Under the pieces are notes generated by a model that searched no databases, was not told the origin of the DNA, and was given only the letters and a program-made list of their open reading frames with translations. From a virus, in IMG/VR virus record IMGVR_UViG_3300036715_002050, positions 1 through 64,000 of that record: a DNA stretch of 64,000 bases; one strand, written 5' to 3'. The position numbers were made by a program, and so were the translations under genes. Of the stretch, positions 37,349-46,235 are shown one piece after another; within the stretch, counting starts at the first letter, position 1; the number at the start of each line of letters is the position of its first letter.

Positions 37349-38219
37349 CCTAAAAGTAAAACCAGACCAATTAAGCCGCATCTTGAACGAAATGACTTTT
37401 GCCAAGCAGACTTTGGCAGTAGACGTGACCAAGGTGCAACCACAAACGCGCAACAGTTGGTTGGGCGCCCAGAACATGGCACTACAAGCCATCGAACGTC
37501 TACGTAAAGAGTATTTACAGATTGCCCGCGAAGTCACGGGGTATATTATCTTGCGTGGACCAATCGAAGAACAGCGTCAATGGGCATCGCAAGTGTCTGT
37601 ACGTTCCGGCGCCATCGTAGTTGACGTCATGCGTCAATTGATCGAGCCAATGGCTTTGAAGATGCGCTACGACGTTGTGGGTCACGCAATCAACGTAGAC
37701 GACTTGATTGCCATTCACTATATGTTGGACGAGCACCGCTATCAAGCTGACTTGGGCACCGCTTATTTCGAACCAAATTTGCCCGGGATCTTGCAAAGAA
37801 GTATCCGTTCGCTGCCTGAGTTACAGATGTTGGTCCGAGACTATGGGACCAAGACGATGCCGCGTGAGTGGTGGGCTGATTGGATCGAAAAGAACTCCAT
37901 CGATAACGCCATCGACAAAAGCAGCAACAGAAGCACTTTAAGGGTTGTGGTGGTCGGTTTGGACGATAATCTTGTATCTAGTTTCGGGTCTAGAAAAGTC
38001 CTCGTTGCAAGCACAAAAGACTATGTAAGAGAAACTGTAGCTGCTCTGCAAAATCTTTTGACGCCTGGTGAAAACGATGATACTATAGCTCCCGAAGTTG
38101 TAGCACCGGTACCGGTTGAACCGGCACCAGAAGAAGTAAAGTCCATAGAAGAACCAACTAACAAGCCACGTGCGGGAAGACCGCCAAAGGCATCGAAAAC
38201 GGATAATAAAAAGGAATAA
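37341..38219 (+). CDS. Hypothetical protein (possible degenerate nucleotide-kinase fold)
   Basis: SD AAGGA; IILRGP segment lacks GKS/T. Confidence 0.6.
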   Translation: MSNLKVKPDQLSRILNEMTFAKQTLAVDVTKVQPQTRNSWLGAQNMALQAIERLRKEYLQIAREVTGYIILRGPIEEQRQWASQVSVRSGAIVVDVMRQLIEPMALKMRYDVVGHAINVDDLIAIHYMLDEHRYQADLGTAYFEPNLPGILQRSIRSLPELQMLVRDYGTKTMPREWWADWIEKNSIDNAIDKSSNRSTLRVVVVGLDDNLVSSFGSRKVLVASTKDYVRETVAALQNLLTPGENDDTIAPEVVAPVPVEPAPEEVKSIEEPTNKPRAGRPPKASKTDNKKE

Positions 38220-38220
38220 A

Positions 38221-39192
38221 ATGGCAACTCAAATTGGCGAAGCAAAGTTTACTGAAGGCAAGACGTTCGCAGCAAAGACATATCACCGTATCGAAGATGG
38301 CGTTTCTTTCTACAGAATTCTGCCTCCGATCAAAGAATGTGCAAAAACCGGTGAATGGATGGTTGAATACCGTACGCACTTTGGTTTCTACGGTGTAGAA
38401 AAAGAAGGCAAGCGTCCAATGCGTGTGTGGTTGTGCCCAGAAGAAGGGCGTTACAACCCCCGTACGAAGAAGTTCGATATTATCCCAGGAAAAGAGTGTA
38501 AGGAATGCGCAAAGATCCGTGCAGTCAAGACTATCTTGAAGGGATATGAGGCGGACTTCATTACCAAAGGTAAGGACGAAAAACAAGCGTTCAAGTTAGC
38601 TCGTGAACTACCGGCTGCAAAGCCTGCTGTCGATTTCGAATCCACCCACAACTTGTCGATCAAGGGGTTTTGCAATGCTTTGTCCAATGATGACAAGATT
38701 GGCCAACTAGGTATCCCGAAAGGAACCGCGAAGGAATTGCGCGCTGCTTTTGCTAAGCACATGGCTGACACCCAAGAAAGTGCCGTAGCTCCTTCTACGG
38801 GGGTATGGGTCAAGTTCGAAAAGTCTGGCAAGGGTTTCAAGACCGAATACAAGCAGTCGTTTGAAACGGTCGTGCAAGTGGTCGGCAAGCAGAAGGTCGC
38901 AGTACCAGTCCAACACGTCCTATCGGAAGAACAAATCGAGCGCTTGGATGCGGAAGGCTTTGATTTGAAGGACTTGTTCTTAAAGCCTACGTGTGAACAA
39001 GTTGCCCGCATCGTTGACAGTGATTACGACCCGGTAATCATTGACGAAATCAACAAGACGCTGTGGGACGCCAAGATCGAACGCGAGCGTGCCGCCGCCG
39101 AAGCTAAGGCCGCAGCCGAACCGAAGTTTGTAGAAGGACAAGGTGCTGACAACGCATTCGCGGAAGACAGCAACGCCGACATCCCTTTCTAA
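38221..39192 (+). CDS. gp32-like single-stranded DNA-binding protein
   Basis: YRILPP, H, Cys cluster (C...C..C), KSGKG.KTEY, acidic tail ending DIPF; start ATG 38221 after AAGGA; upstream of UvsY-like and recA. Confidence 0.75.
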   Translation: MATQIGEAKFTEGKTFAAKTYHRIEDGVSFYRILPPIKECAKTGEWMVEYRTHFGFYGVEKEGKRPMRVWLCPEEGRYNPRTKKFDIIPGKECKECAKIRAVKTILKGYEADFITKGKDEKQAFKLARELPAAKPAVDFESTHNLSIKGFCNALSNDDKIGQLGIPKGTAKELRAAFAKHMADTQESAVAPSTGVWVKFEKSGKGFKTEYKQSFETVVQVVGKQKVAVPVQHVLSEEQIERLDAEGFDLKDLFLKPTCEQVARIVDSDYDPVIIDEINKTLWDAKIERERAAAEAKAAAEPKFVEGQGADNAFAEDSNADIPF

Positions 39193-39211
39193 GCAAAGCC
39201 GCTAGATAATC

Positions 39212-39246
39212 GCAAGAGCCTCGTGGATACGAGGCTCTTGCTTTAT
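39212..39246 (+). terminator. Rho-independent terminator
   Basis: 13-bp stem GCAAGAGCCTCGT / ACGAGGCTCTTGC followed by TTTAT. Confidence 0.75.
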
Positions 39247-39266
39247 GTAAGCTAACGAGCTATACT
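39238..39266 (+). promoter_or_regulatory. Sigma70-type promoter
   Basis: TTGCTT-17nt-TATACT overlapping the terminator. Confidence 0.65.
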
Positions 39267-39283
39267 GCTTGTCAGGAGTCGTC

Positions 39284-39739
39284 ATGGAAATCGAAATCAC
39301 TAGAGAATACATTCGCTATCCCAAAGAAGACCAAACGGAATTATCGACGTTGAACATGTCAGACGTTTGTGTGGCTTTGGAGAGCATCGACAAGGTCGCT
39401 CACGTGACCCGTGGATCGGCCCCCGGACTCATGTCCTTGTTTAACAGTGCGTACAAACAGCTAGGAGAAAAGGCGGTGTATATCCGCTATCAAGTAAGCC
39501 GCACCGAAAACGAGATCAACAAGCGTCGGGCAGAAATCTTGTTAGATCCCGCCAATAGCAAGCTGGGTAACGCCGCGATGCGCGAAGCACGGATAGTCAC
39601 GGATTCCGCATATCAAACTTTGTTGAATCACAAGGATATGCTGGACGCTATCTTGAAATACTTAGAATTGCAAATAAAGTCGGTAGACATGGCTTACATG
39701 GCTACCAAAAAGTGTTATGACTCGTTGTATCAACCGTAA
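39284..39739 (+). CDS. UvsY-like recombination mediator (putative)
   Basis: AGGAG SD + ATG 39284; all-helical with an A.REA.I..D..YQ.L pattern; between SSB and recA. Confidence 0.5.
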   Translation: MEIEITREYIRYPKEDQTELSTLNMSDVCVALESIDKVAHVTRGSAPGLMSLFNSAYKQLGEKAVYIRYQVSRTENEINKRRAEILLDPANSKLGNAAMREARIVTDSAYQTLLNHKDMLDAILKYLELQIKSVDMAYMATKKCYDSLYQP

Positions 39740-39786
39740 GTAGTATCAACCACGTGGCAGCAAACCGGTAATCGCAAAGGAACAAA

Positions 39787-40947
39787 ATGGCTCCAAGAGT
39801 AAATCAAGCAACAGGGATAGCGACAGCAACCAAGGTGAATTTATCGGACTTTTTCAAAAACACTCGTGGGCGTGTAGACCACAAGCGCGACCCATTCGAA
39901 TTCGGAATCCGTTCATCCAGTCCTTCTGCCAACTTTATTTACGGAAACAGCCATCGCCTGCCAAACGGTGGCGTCATGTGCTTGTGGGGCTTGCCCAAGT
40001 CCGGCAAGAGCTTATTGACTTACGACATGACGGCTCAAGTGCATCGTGATGACCCGGAAGCCGTGGTACTGAAGTGGAACACGGAATTCCGCGAGACGTT
40101 CCAAATGACCCCTAAGCAGTTGGTGTCGTGGGGGATTGATACCAACCGCTACCAAGCCTTCGAAATCAATACACCAGATTTGTTTGATGATATTCAGCGT
40201 GAAATTCCACGCTTGGTCGAAGCTGGTGCAAAGATCGGCATGGTTATTATTGACTCGCTGTCCAACATCTTGGGCATGAATGCTGTCAACCAGGATTCTG
40301 TTGAAACCCAATTGCGTGGCGACCAAGCTAAGACCATCCAAACCGGTCTATCACGCATCATCGCGCTGTTCCGTGTCTACAAGATCCCATTGGTATTAAC
40401 CGCTCAAGTCCGTGCGGAACAAGATCCCAACAAGGCCAAGTATAATCCTTACACGATGGCTGGTGGTTTTTACTTGAAGCACACTGCTGAATACTTCATC
40501 AAGATTTCACGTGATAACTCCAAGGAAGGTAAGGAAGACTTACAAGGCAACGTATTCTTGTCGGAATTGAAGGACACTTTGGGGGACGCAGAAGCAACTG
40601 GTCACAAGATCAAGCTAGAGATGACCGGCAACTCGTGCGGACCTGTTGGACGAAGCGCTTCTATCACGGTCGACTACCGCAGAGGGTTTATCAACCAACA
40701 CGAAGAGGTATTCTTGCTGGGACGTGGGCGCGGTTTGATCGATTGGGCGGGTAAGACCTACTCCTACAAGGACCGCAAGTGGGTAGGTAAGGCTACTTGC
40801 CTGCAAGCCTTGAAAGAGGATCCGGTTTTGTGCAAGGAGATCGTAGACGAGTTAATCCGTCAAGACCGTGAGCAAGACTATCCGCAACTATCACAAGGGA
40901 AGGTGTTGTCGGATTCGATTGAAGAGGAAGGCGTCACCCTTGACTAA
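39787..40947 (+). CDS. recA: RecA/UvsX-like recombinase
   Basis: GLPKSGKS, NTE, IIDSL, QVR and GG..LKH motifs. Confidence 0.9.
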   Translation: MAPRVNQATGIATATKVNLSDFFKNTRGRVDHKRDPFEFGIRSSSPSANFIYGNSHRLPNGGVMCLWGLPKSGKSLLTYDMTAQVHRDDPEAVVLKWNTEFRETFQMTPKQLVSWGIDTNRYQAFEINTPDLFDDIQREIPRLVEAGAKIGMVIIDSLSNILGMNAVNQDSVETQLRGDQAKTIQTGLSRIIALFRVYKIPLVLTAQVRAEQDPNKAKYNPYTMAGGFYLKHTAEYFIKISRDNSKEGKEDLQGNVFLSELKDTLGDAEATGHKIKLEMTGNSCGPVGRSASITVDYRRGFINQHEEVFLLGRGRGLIDWAGKTYSYKDRKWVGKATCLQALKEDPVLCKEIVDELIRQDREQDYPQLSQGKVLSDSIEEEGVTLD

Positions 40948-40971
40948 GGCGGACCTTCCGGGCTAAGGTGC

Positions 40972-41002
40972 GGGCGTGGGCGATATCGCCCACGCCCTTT
41001 TT
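40972..41002 (+). terminator. Rho-independent terminator
   Basis: Perfect 26-bp palindrome GGGCGTGGGCGATATCGCCCACGCCC followed by T5. Confidence 0.75.
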
Positions 41003-41014
41003 ATAGGAGCCCGC

Positions 41015-42064
41015 ATGTTACAGGTTGACCCAGCCGTTCTTCGTGAAACCATCAAAGAGTTAGGGTTGTCCCCAAAGAACACTTCTAATTCTTATATTTT
41101 TGTTTGTCCGATCTGTGGCAAGGACAAGTTGTACATGCACAAAAAGATCGGGTTCTTCAAGTGCTTTGTATGCGCGGACTCCCAAGGCTTCAAGGGGGCA
41201 TGTGATTACGGACTAGCAAAGCTGTCCGGCAAGAAGACATCCGATATCAAGCAACTTTTGTATGGCGCCGTCAAGTTTGAAGTAGAATGGACGACAGATT
41301 GGAAGTGGGCCCCATACGAAGATTTGATGGATGAACTGGTCTTTGAAACGGTCTTGGACGATACCCCGACCACACCGGTAGCAGCACAATACCCCCTCGG
41401 CATCTTCCCTTATGGAACTCGTCAATTCGTGCCCGCTTTGAAGTATTTGCTAGGTCGCGGTGTCACCATCCAACAGATGATCGACTACGAACTGCAATAT
41501 GACATTAAGCAACAGCGCGTGGTGTTTCCTGTCACATACAACAAGATGCTAATCGGGTGGCAAGGTCGCTACATCAACGATTGCATCAAAAAGAATCGTG
41601 AAGGAGAAGTTGTTTATCGCATCCCCAAAATCTTGACCAGTGCCGGACTTACGGGCGGGCGGTTTTTCATGTTCTGGGACCAAAGCTTGACTCATCCGTC
41701 CGATTCGGTCATTCTATGTGAAGGGCCTGTGTCGGGCCTCCACGCCATGCTGCCGGGGTTGGCCCCAGCTATCGTCTCCATGGGCAAGAGCATCACTCAA
41801 GCCCAGCTAGCGCTTCTGGCAACCCATCCTGCGGCCCGGGTGTATCTGTGCCTCGACCCCGACGCGGCGACGGATTGCCAACGCATCTTGGACATTCTGA
41901 CCGAAGAATGTCCATCAAAGCAGATCTATTTTATGCAAGTCCCAAAGCACCGAGACGACGTCGGCGCTTGTACGTCAGAAGAAGTAACAGAAATGTTTAA
42001 CGAAGCAAAGTTGATCAGACCACCTTACATTTTTACGTACTTCAAAGAAGCAACCCGGTGGTAA
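41015..42064 (+). CDS. dnaG: DNA primase (Zn finger + TOPRIM)
   Basis: CPICG...CFVC, GWQGR, CEGP, LDPDA and DVG; AGGAG SD supports ATG 41015. Confidence 0.88.
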   Translation: MLQVDPAVLRETIKELGLSPKNTSNSYIFVCPICGKDKLYMHKKIGFFKCFVCADSQGFKGACDYGLAKLSGKKTSDIKQLLYGAVKFEVEWTTDWKWAPYEDLMDELVFETVLDDTPTTPVAAQYPLGIFPYGTRQFVPALKYLLGRGVTIQQMIDYELQYDIKQQRVVFPVTYNKMLIGWQGRYINDCIKKNREGEVVYRIPKILTSAGLTGGRFFMFWDQSLTHPSDSVILCEGPVSGLHAMLPGLAPAIVSMGKSITQAQLALLATHPAARVYLCLDPDAATDCQRILDILTEECPSKQIYFMQVPKHRDDVGACTSEEVTEMFNEAKLIRPPYIFTYFKEATRW

Positions 42065-42076
42065 CAGAAAGGAACC

Positions 42077-43573
42077 ATGAGCACATCGATTATCGAAGCT
42101 ACAGAAGATGGGATGACGTTGCCATTTTCGTCCGACATGCAGGACGCCGTCATCGGCTGGATGTTCAAGGACAAGACGTTTTATGTGAAGGCAAAGTCAC
42201 GAATCGAACCGCAATGGTTTTTGTCACAAAAGAACTCCAAGCTTTTTTCGGTGATTTCTAAGTTTGAAAAGCAGCATGGACGTTCGCCATCTACGCACGA
42301 GCTAGAAAACTTTCGTGAAATCACGTTGGAGCCAGAAGATACACAGCGCAAGTTGATGACACATTTGCACGGGTGTATTGAAAAGTCGACCTCTTACGGA
42401 TTGGACTTTATCAAGAAAGAGTTGACTCCGTGGCTGCGTGCCGTTACGTTCAAGCGCGGCATCGATCAGTCCGTCAACATGTGGAACCAGAAGGATATCA
42501 CCAAGTCCTATTCCCACGTTGACCAGTTAATGCGTCAAATGCGTGATATCACGTTTGACGACGCGCTGGCTGTTTGTTTTTCGGATTTTCGTTCGGTCAT
42601 CGAAGACTTGCAAAACCTGTATAAAGGAGCAATGTCTACAGGGTTGACGTTGCTAGATCGCGCATTGGTGCCCGACCATGACGGCGGCTCGTTGTTGCGT
42701 GGCGACATGACAGTCTTATTGGCCGCTCTGAACTTAGGCAAGACAACTACGGAAATGACGATAGCGGTCCACAACGCTTTGTTAGGTAAGAAAGTTTTAT
42801 TTGTTACTCACGAAGGTAACAAGACGCAATTATCAGGGAAGATCATCCAATGCGCCTTGCACTTGACCGAAAAGGATCTGTTCAAGCTGTACGAAACCGA
42901 AGAAGGTCGTCGCGTGATTTCGTTGACCACCGAAATCCTGGACCAAAACCTATCTTACATCCACTACGAAAAGCCCGGTATGTGCGTAGAGGACGTAGAG
43001 CCCATTATCTACCAAGAGCAAGAAAGATTGATGGCTCGCGGAAGTCGCTTGGACTTGGTGTTCAACGATTACCCAGGCTTGTTGCGCTCACGAAACTTGG
43101 GGTCGTCCAATGACGAACGCATTGTCCAAGCCTACGTCTACCGCTACTTCAGTCAGATGTTTACGGACTTGGATGTTCACGGGATCGTCGCCGTGCAATC
43201 CAACCGTGAAGGATCCAAAGTTATCAAGGCGGGTGAACGTTGTTTGACTACAGAAGACGTTGCCGAAGCGTGGGGCATCCCTCAGATTGCCGCCAACATG
43301 ATCTCCTTGAATCGTCAAATTGACGGCATGTTCCAAGATATTATGACATACTACGTCTGCAAAACCCGCTCCAACCGTGTGGGTGGATGTGTGGCTTGCC
43401 AAGCGGACCTGGGTCGTGCTAGGATGCATGGTAACGATTTGGGAGCAGTTTCTTACACGGGTAACATCTTCATCCCAGACCGGGCCAAGAAGTGGATTCA
43501 AAACGATTCTGTTCGCAATACGATGCTAACGAATGACCAAGTTGAAGGAGATTCTCTATATGATCGCCACTAA
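42077..43573 (+). CDS. dnaB: DnaB/gp41-like replicative helicase
   Basis: STGL..LD, A..NLGKTT, THE, DY, Q.NR and K.R motifs. Confidence 0.88.
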   Translation: MSTSIIEATEDGMTLPFSSDMQDAVIGWMFKDKTFYVKAKSRIEPQWFLSQKNSKLFSVISKFEKQHGRSPSTHELENFREITLEPEDTQRKLMTHLHGCIEKSTSYGLDFIKKELTPWLRAVTFKRGIDQSVNMWNQKDITKSYSHVDQLMRQMRDITFDDALAVCFSDFRSVIEDLQNLYKGAMSTGLTLLDRALVPDHDGGSLLRGDMTVLLAALNLGKTTTEMTIAVHNALLGKKVLFVTHEGNKTQLSGKIIQCALHLTEKDLFKLYETEEGRRVISLTTEILDQNLSYIHYEKPGMCVEDVEPIIYQEQERLMARGSRLDLVFNDYPGLLRSRNLGSSNDERIVQAYVYRYFSQMFTDLDVHGIVAVQSNREGSKVIKAGERCLTTEDVAEAWGIPQIAANMISLNRQIDGMFQDIMTYYVCKTRSNRVGGCVACQADLGRARMHGNDLGAVSYTGNIFIPDRAKKWIQNDSVRNTMLTNDQVEGDSLYDRH

Positions 43574-44150
43574 GCGTGCACGTACATCAAAGAGCCAAGG
43601 TTGTGAAAACTGCGAACACGAAGATGGCGGGTCGCTCGCATACAACGACCGCAACATTTTTATTTCGGGAGAAATCAGTGCGAACACTTGGGACGGCTTT
43701 AGCCAGGTCTTCACCGCCCTAGAGAAAGAAAAAGGTCCGATCACCATCATCATCAATTCGCAGGGCGGATCGTTGTGGGACGGTATGGCGATGTACGATT
43801 TGATTCGTGCTTCCAAGAACCACACGACGATCATTGGTCACGGACTGGTGATGTCTGCCGCCACGATGATTATGCAAGCTGCCAACAAGCGTTTGTTGGG
43901 TGCTAATTCCAATTTTATGATTCACGAAAGCCGTCAAGGCTTGTCTAACGAGTTCAAGGAAATGGACTTGCACCAGCAATACCAAGAGGCGGTCCGTGGC
44001 AACAACATCATCTACAAGGTACTCGCGGAACGTTCTATTTACACAGTAGAAGAAGTGAAGACTTTGTGCCAGCGTGACTATTTCATGTCTGCGAAGGAAG
44101 CGGTCAAGCAAGGATTTGCCGATGCTATTGTCCCAGTTCGTAAGCGCTAA
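43560..44150 (+). CDS. clpP: ClpP-like serine protease
   Basis: INSQGG, MSAA, FMIHE and RDYFMSA.EA...GFAD; AAGGAG SD supports ATG 43560. Confidence 0.9.
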   Translation: MIATKRARTSKSQGCENCEHEDGGSLAYNDRNIFISGEISANTWDGFSQVFTALEKEKGPITIIINSQGGSLWDGMAMYDLIRASKNHTTIIGHGLVMSAATMIMQAANKRLLGANSNFMIHESRQGLSNEFKEMDLHQQYQEAVRGNNIIYKVLAERSIYTVEEVKTLCQRDYFMSAKEAVKQGFADAIVPVRKR

Positions 44151-44805
44151 AGTTGCGGCGTTCAAAGCTTGGGAGTCAACCCACGAAACCGAACTGTTAT
44201 TGGGGTTGTTAACGGTCGGCTTTTTCGTGTGTGCCGCATCGATCTCGTCATGCAGCCCTAAGCAAACAACAAGTGACCTTCAAGAGCACGTGGTCTACCG
44301 CGACCGGATCGTTACGCAGACCCGTGTGGACTATAAGGAAATTGTAGTAGATCACAACGTCTACATCCACGACGTTGACTCACACAAAACCCTGGACAAG
44401 ACGACTACGACCGTGGTACACCCAGATGGTACAAAAGTAGTGGTGGTACACGAAAAAGAAGTCGCAGACAAGTCGGACCATACACAATCCGACGCGACGC
44501 ATACACAAACAGTCACGCAAACCGTCGTCCAAAAAGTGGACGAGACTAAGTCCGGTACTGTGGACTTGAAAGAAAAGGTGGTAACAAATGTACAAACACT
44601 TCCATCTTGGCGGGTGGCGGTTGGTGGCGGGGTGGATTTGTCTCACCCAACACAACTACTTACCTTGGTTCCATCTGCTTTACCGTACGTTTTTTCTGTA
44701 GAAGTAGATCGACGCATCTTGGGACCGCTGTGGTTTGGTGCCGAAGTGACAATCGGCGTCAAAGCAACAGTTCAAACTCAACTAAAAGTAGGCGTAGAAT
44801 TCTAA
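44122..44805 (+). CDS. Membrane-anchored or lipoprotein, spanin-like candidate with OM-type beta C-terminus
   Basis: Hydrophobic segment followed by SSC; Thr/Val-rich linker; amphipathic strands ending LKVGVEF. Confidence 0.55.
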   Translation: MLLSQFVSAKVAAFKAWESTHETELLLGLLTVGFFVCAASISSCSPKQTTSDLQEHVVYRDRIVTQTRVDYKEIVVDHNVYIHDVDSHKTLDKTTTTVVHPDGTKVVVVHEKEVADKSDHTQSDATHTQTVTQTVVQKVDETKSGTVDLKEKVVTNVQTLPSWRVAVGGGVDLSHPTQLLTLVPSALPYVFSVEVDRRILGPLWFGAEVTIGVKATVQTQLKVGVEF

Positions 44806-44812
44806 AGGACAC

Positions 44813-45013
44813 ATGAATCTTACACACAAGCGGGTCAATAGCGCTGTTGAAGAACTCTTGACGGAACACATTGGTCTTGACGAAGACGAACTCGAAGAAG
44901 CCATGTTAGCGTTTGCGGAAATCTTACCGGAGGACGAAGAAGATGATTCCGAGTCACCACGCCGCAAGCATTCCTACCGCGACATTGAAGAGTTGTTGGA
45001 TTCGGACGAATAA
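44813..45013 (+). CDS. Small acidic protein
   Basis: SD AAAGGA; very Asp/Glu-rich. Confidence 0.65.
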   Translation: MNLTHKRVNSAVEELLTEHIGLDEDELEEAMLAFAEILPEDEEDDSESPRRKHSYRDIEELLDSDE

Positions 45014-45330
45014 TGGGCTCCTTCACAATTCCTTTTGATCGTCGCGTAAGCAAGGTCCCACTTGGTCCAAACCAATTTCGTTATCACGTCTATCTTAGCT
45101 CCGCTCCTGTTCCTAAAAACACGATAGAATGGCTGCGTATCCGACAAGCGATGTTGGATAGTGTCGCTAGAGACATCGAGCTTACACGCCACTCAGAACT
45201 AGAGTGGACCCGAATAGAAATGGAATACAAACAAGGCCGCTGGGAATTAGTTACTACAGCTACGACGCCCAACCCCAAGGAAGCTCCAAATGGCCAGACC
45301 TCAGACGAAACACCTGCCCGCAAGAAGTGA
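45013..45330 (+). CDS. Hypothetical protein
   Basis: TAATG coupling with the upstream ORF. Confidence 0.65.
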   Translation: MGSFTIPFDRRVSKVPLGPNQFRYHVYLSSAPVPKNTIEWLRIRQAMLDSVARDIELTRHSELEWTRIEMEYKQGRWELVTTATTPNPKEAPNGQTSDETPARKK

Positions 45331-45622
45331 AAACGAACGCTCGCCATCTCGGAAAGAGCTAGCTGAACTCAAATCTGAAAACCATCGACTGCGTCGGAAA
45401 GTCTCCCGCTTGGAAGCTTTTATTAGTAAACACGGTGAATATTCAGACAGTGTCGTAGAGCAAGCGATGGAAGAAGAGTTTGATTTAGCGCCTGAAGTCG
45501 AAGAAGCTCTCAAAACAGATCAATGTACCGAATGCAAATCGACAGACACACGGGTGCTAGATTTGGGGATCAAGATGTTCTTCGTGTGTAACAACTGCAA
45601 ATTCCGCAAACCATTATCGTAA
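45290..45622 (+). CDS. Coiled-coil + zinc-ribbon protein
   Basis: SD AAGGA; CTECKS...CNNC. Confidence 0.7.
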   Translation: MARPQTKHLPARSENERSPSRKELAELKSENHRLRRKVSRLEAFISKHGEYSDSVVEQAMEEEFDLAPEVEEALKTDQCTECKSTDTRVLDLGIKMFFVCNNCKFRKPLS

Positions 45623-45625
45623 AGG

Positions 45626-45659
45626 AAAACGCCGGGACCTTTAAAGGTCCCGGCGTTTT
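45626..45659. terminator. Bidirectional terminator between the convergent arms
   Basis: Perfect 34-bp palindrome AAAACGCCGGGACCTTTAAAGGTCCCGGCGTTTT. Confidence 0.85.
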
Positions 45660-45661
45660 AT

Positions 45662-46225
45662 TTAAGCAGCAAACTTAGCAACTCGGGCAACGATATCTGC
45701 CCCGTAGTCTGGGCGTCTTACACCGTCCGGGCCTTTTGGTCCCGGCGTAGTGTAGGCATCCGAATCCAACCCTTTGTCCAGCGCTTTTTGGATGTTACCG
45801 ATACCGGCATTGTAAGATCCTGCAGCTTTCTTAACGTCACCACTCCAATGCGCCATACATTGTTCGAAGATTTCGATGCCCATGCAAATGTTCTCAAAGG
45901 CATTTTGCCATTTGGGCGATCCATCCGCAGTCTTCCAAGCTAACATGTCTTGGTGTGAACGATCATCAATTTGCATCAAACCACGACCGTGCCCCACATC
46001 GCCTGTGCCCGTAGGACCACGTGGCGACAAGAACACACCGCCGCCGGATTCACGCTGCATCAACGCCGCTACTTCTAAGGCCAACTTATATGCAGCCGCC
46101 ATGTCTAGTGGGTGGCGCTTGACGCAAGCTTTAGCGATTTCAGTAGTCCACTGTTGGATCGCGGGATCTGACTTCAACTTGTCCCACAAGATATTTTCTA
46201 ATTCTAAACGGTTTTGGATTTCCAT
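45662..46225 (-). CDS. Endolysin, GH23 goose-lysozyme/SLT family
   Basis: AALMQRES, GLMQIDDRSH, SYNAG and DY..DIVAR motifs. Confidence 0.88.
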   Translation of the reverse strand: MEIQNRLELENILWDKLKSDPAIQQWTTEIAKACVKRHPLDMAAAYKLALEVAALMQRESGGGVFLSPRGPTGTGDVGHGRGLMQIDDRSHQDMLAWKTADGSPKWQNAFENICMGIEIFEQCMAHWSGDVKKAAGSYNAGIGNIQKALDKGLDSDAYTTPGPKGPDGVRRPDYGADIVARVAKFAA

Positions 46226-46235
46226 GGTAATTCCT

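Noticed and set aside
40940-40978. TTGACT-18nt-TAAGGT promoter with leaderless GTG 40976 start for primase
   Set aside because: The terminator hairpin lies immediately downstream and ATG 41015 has an AGGAG SD; possible but not preferred
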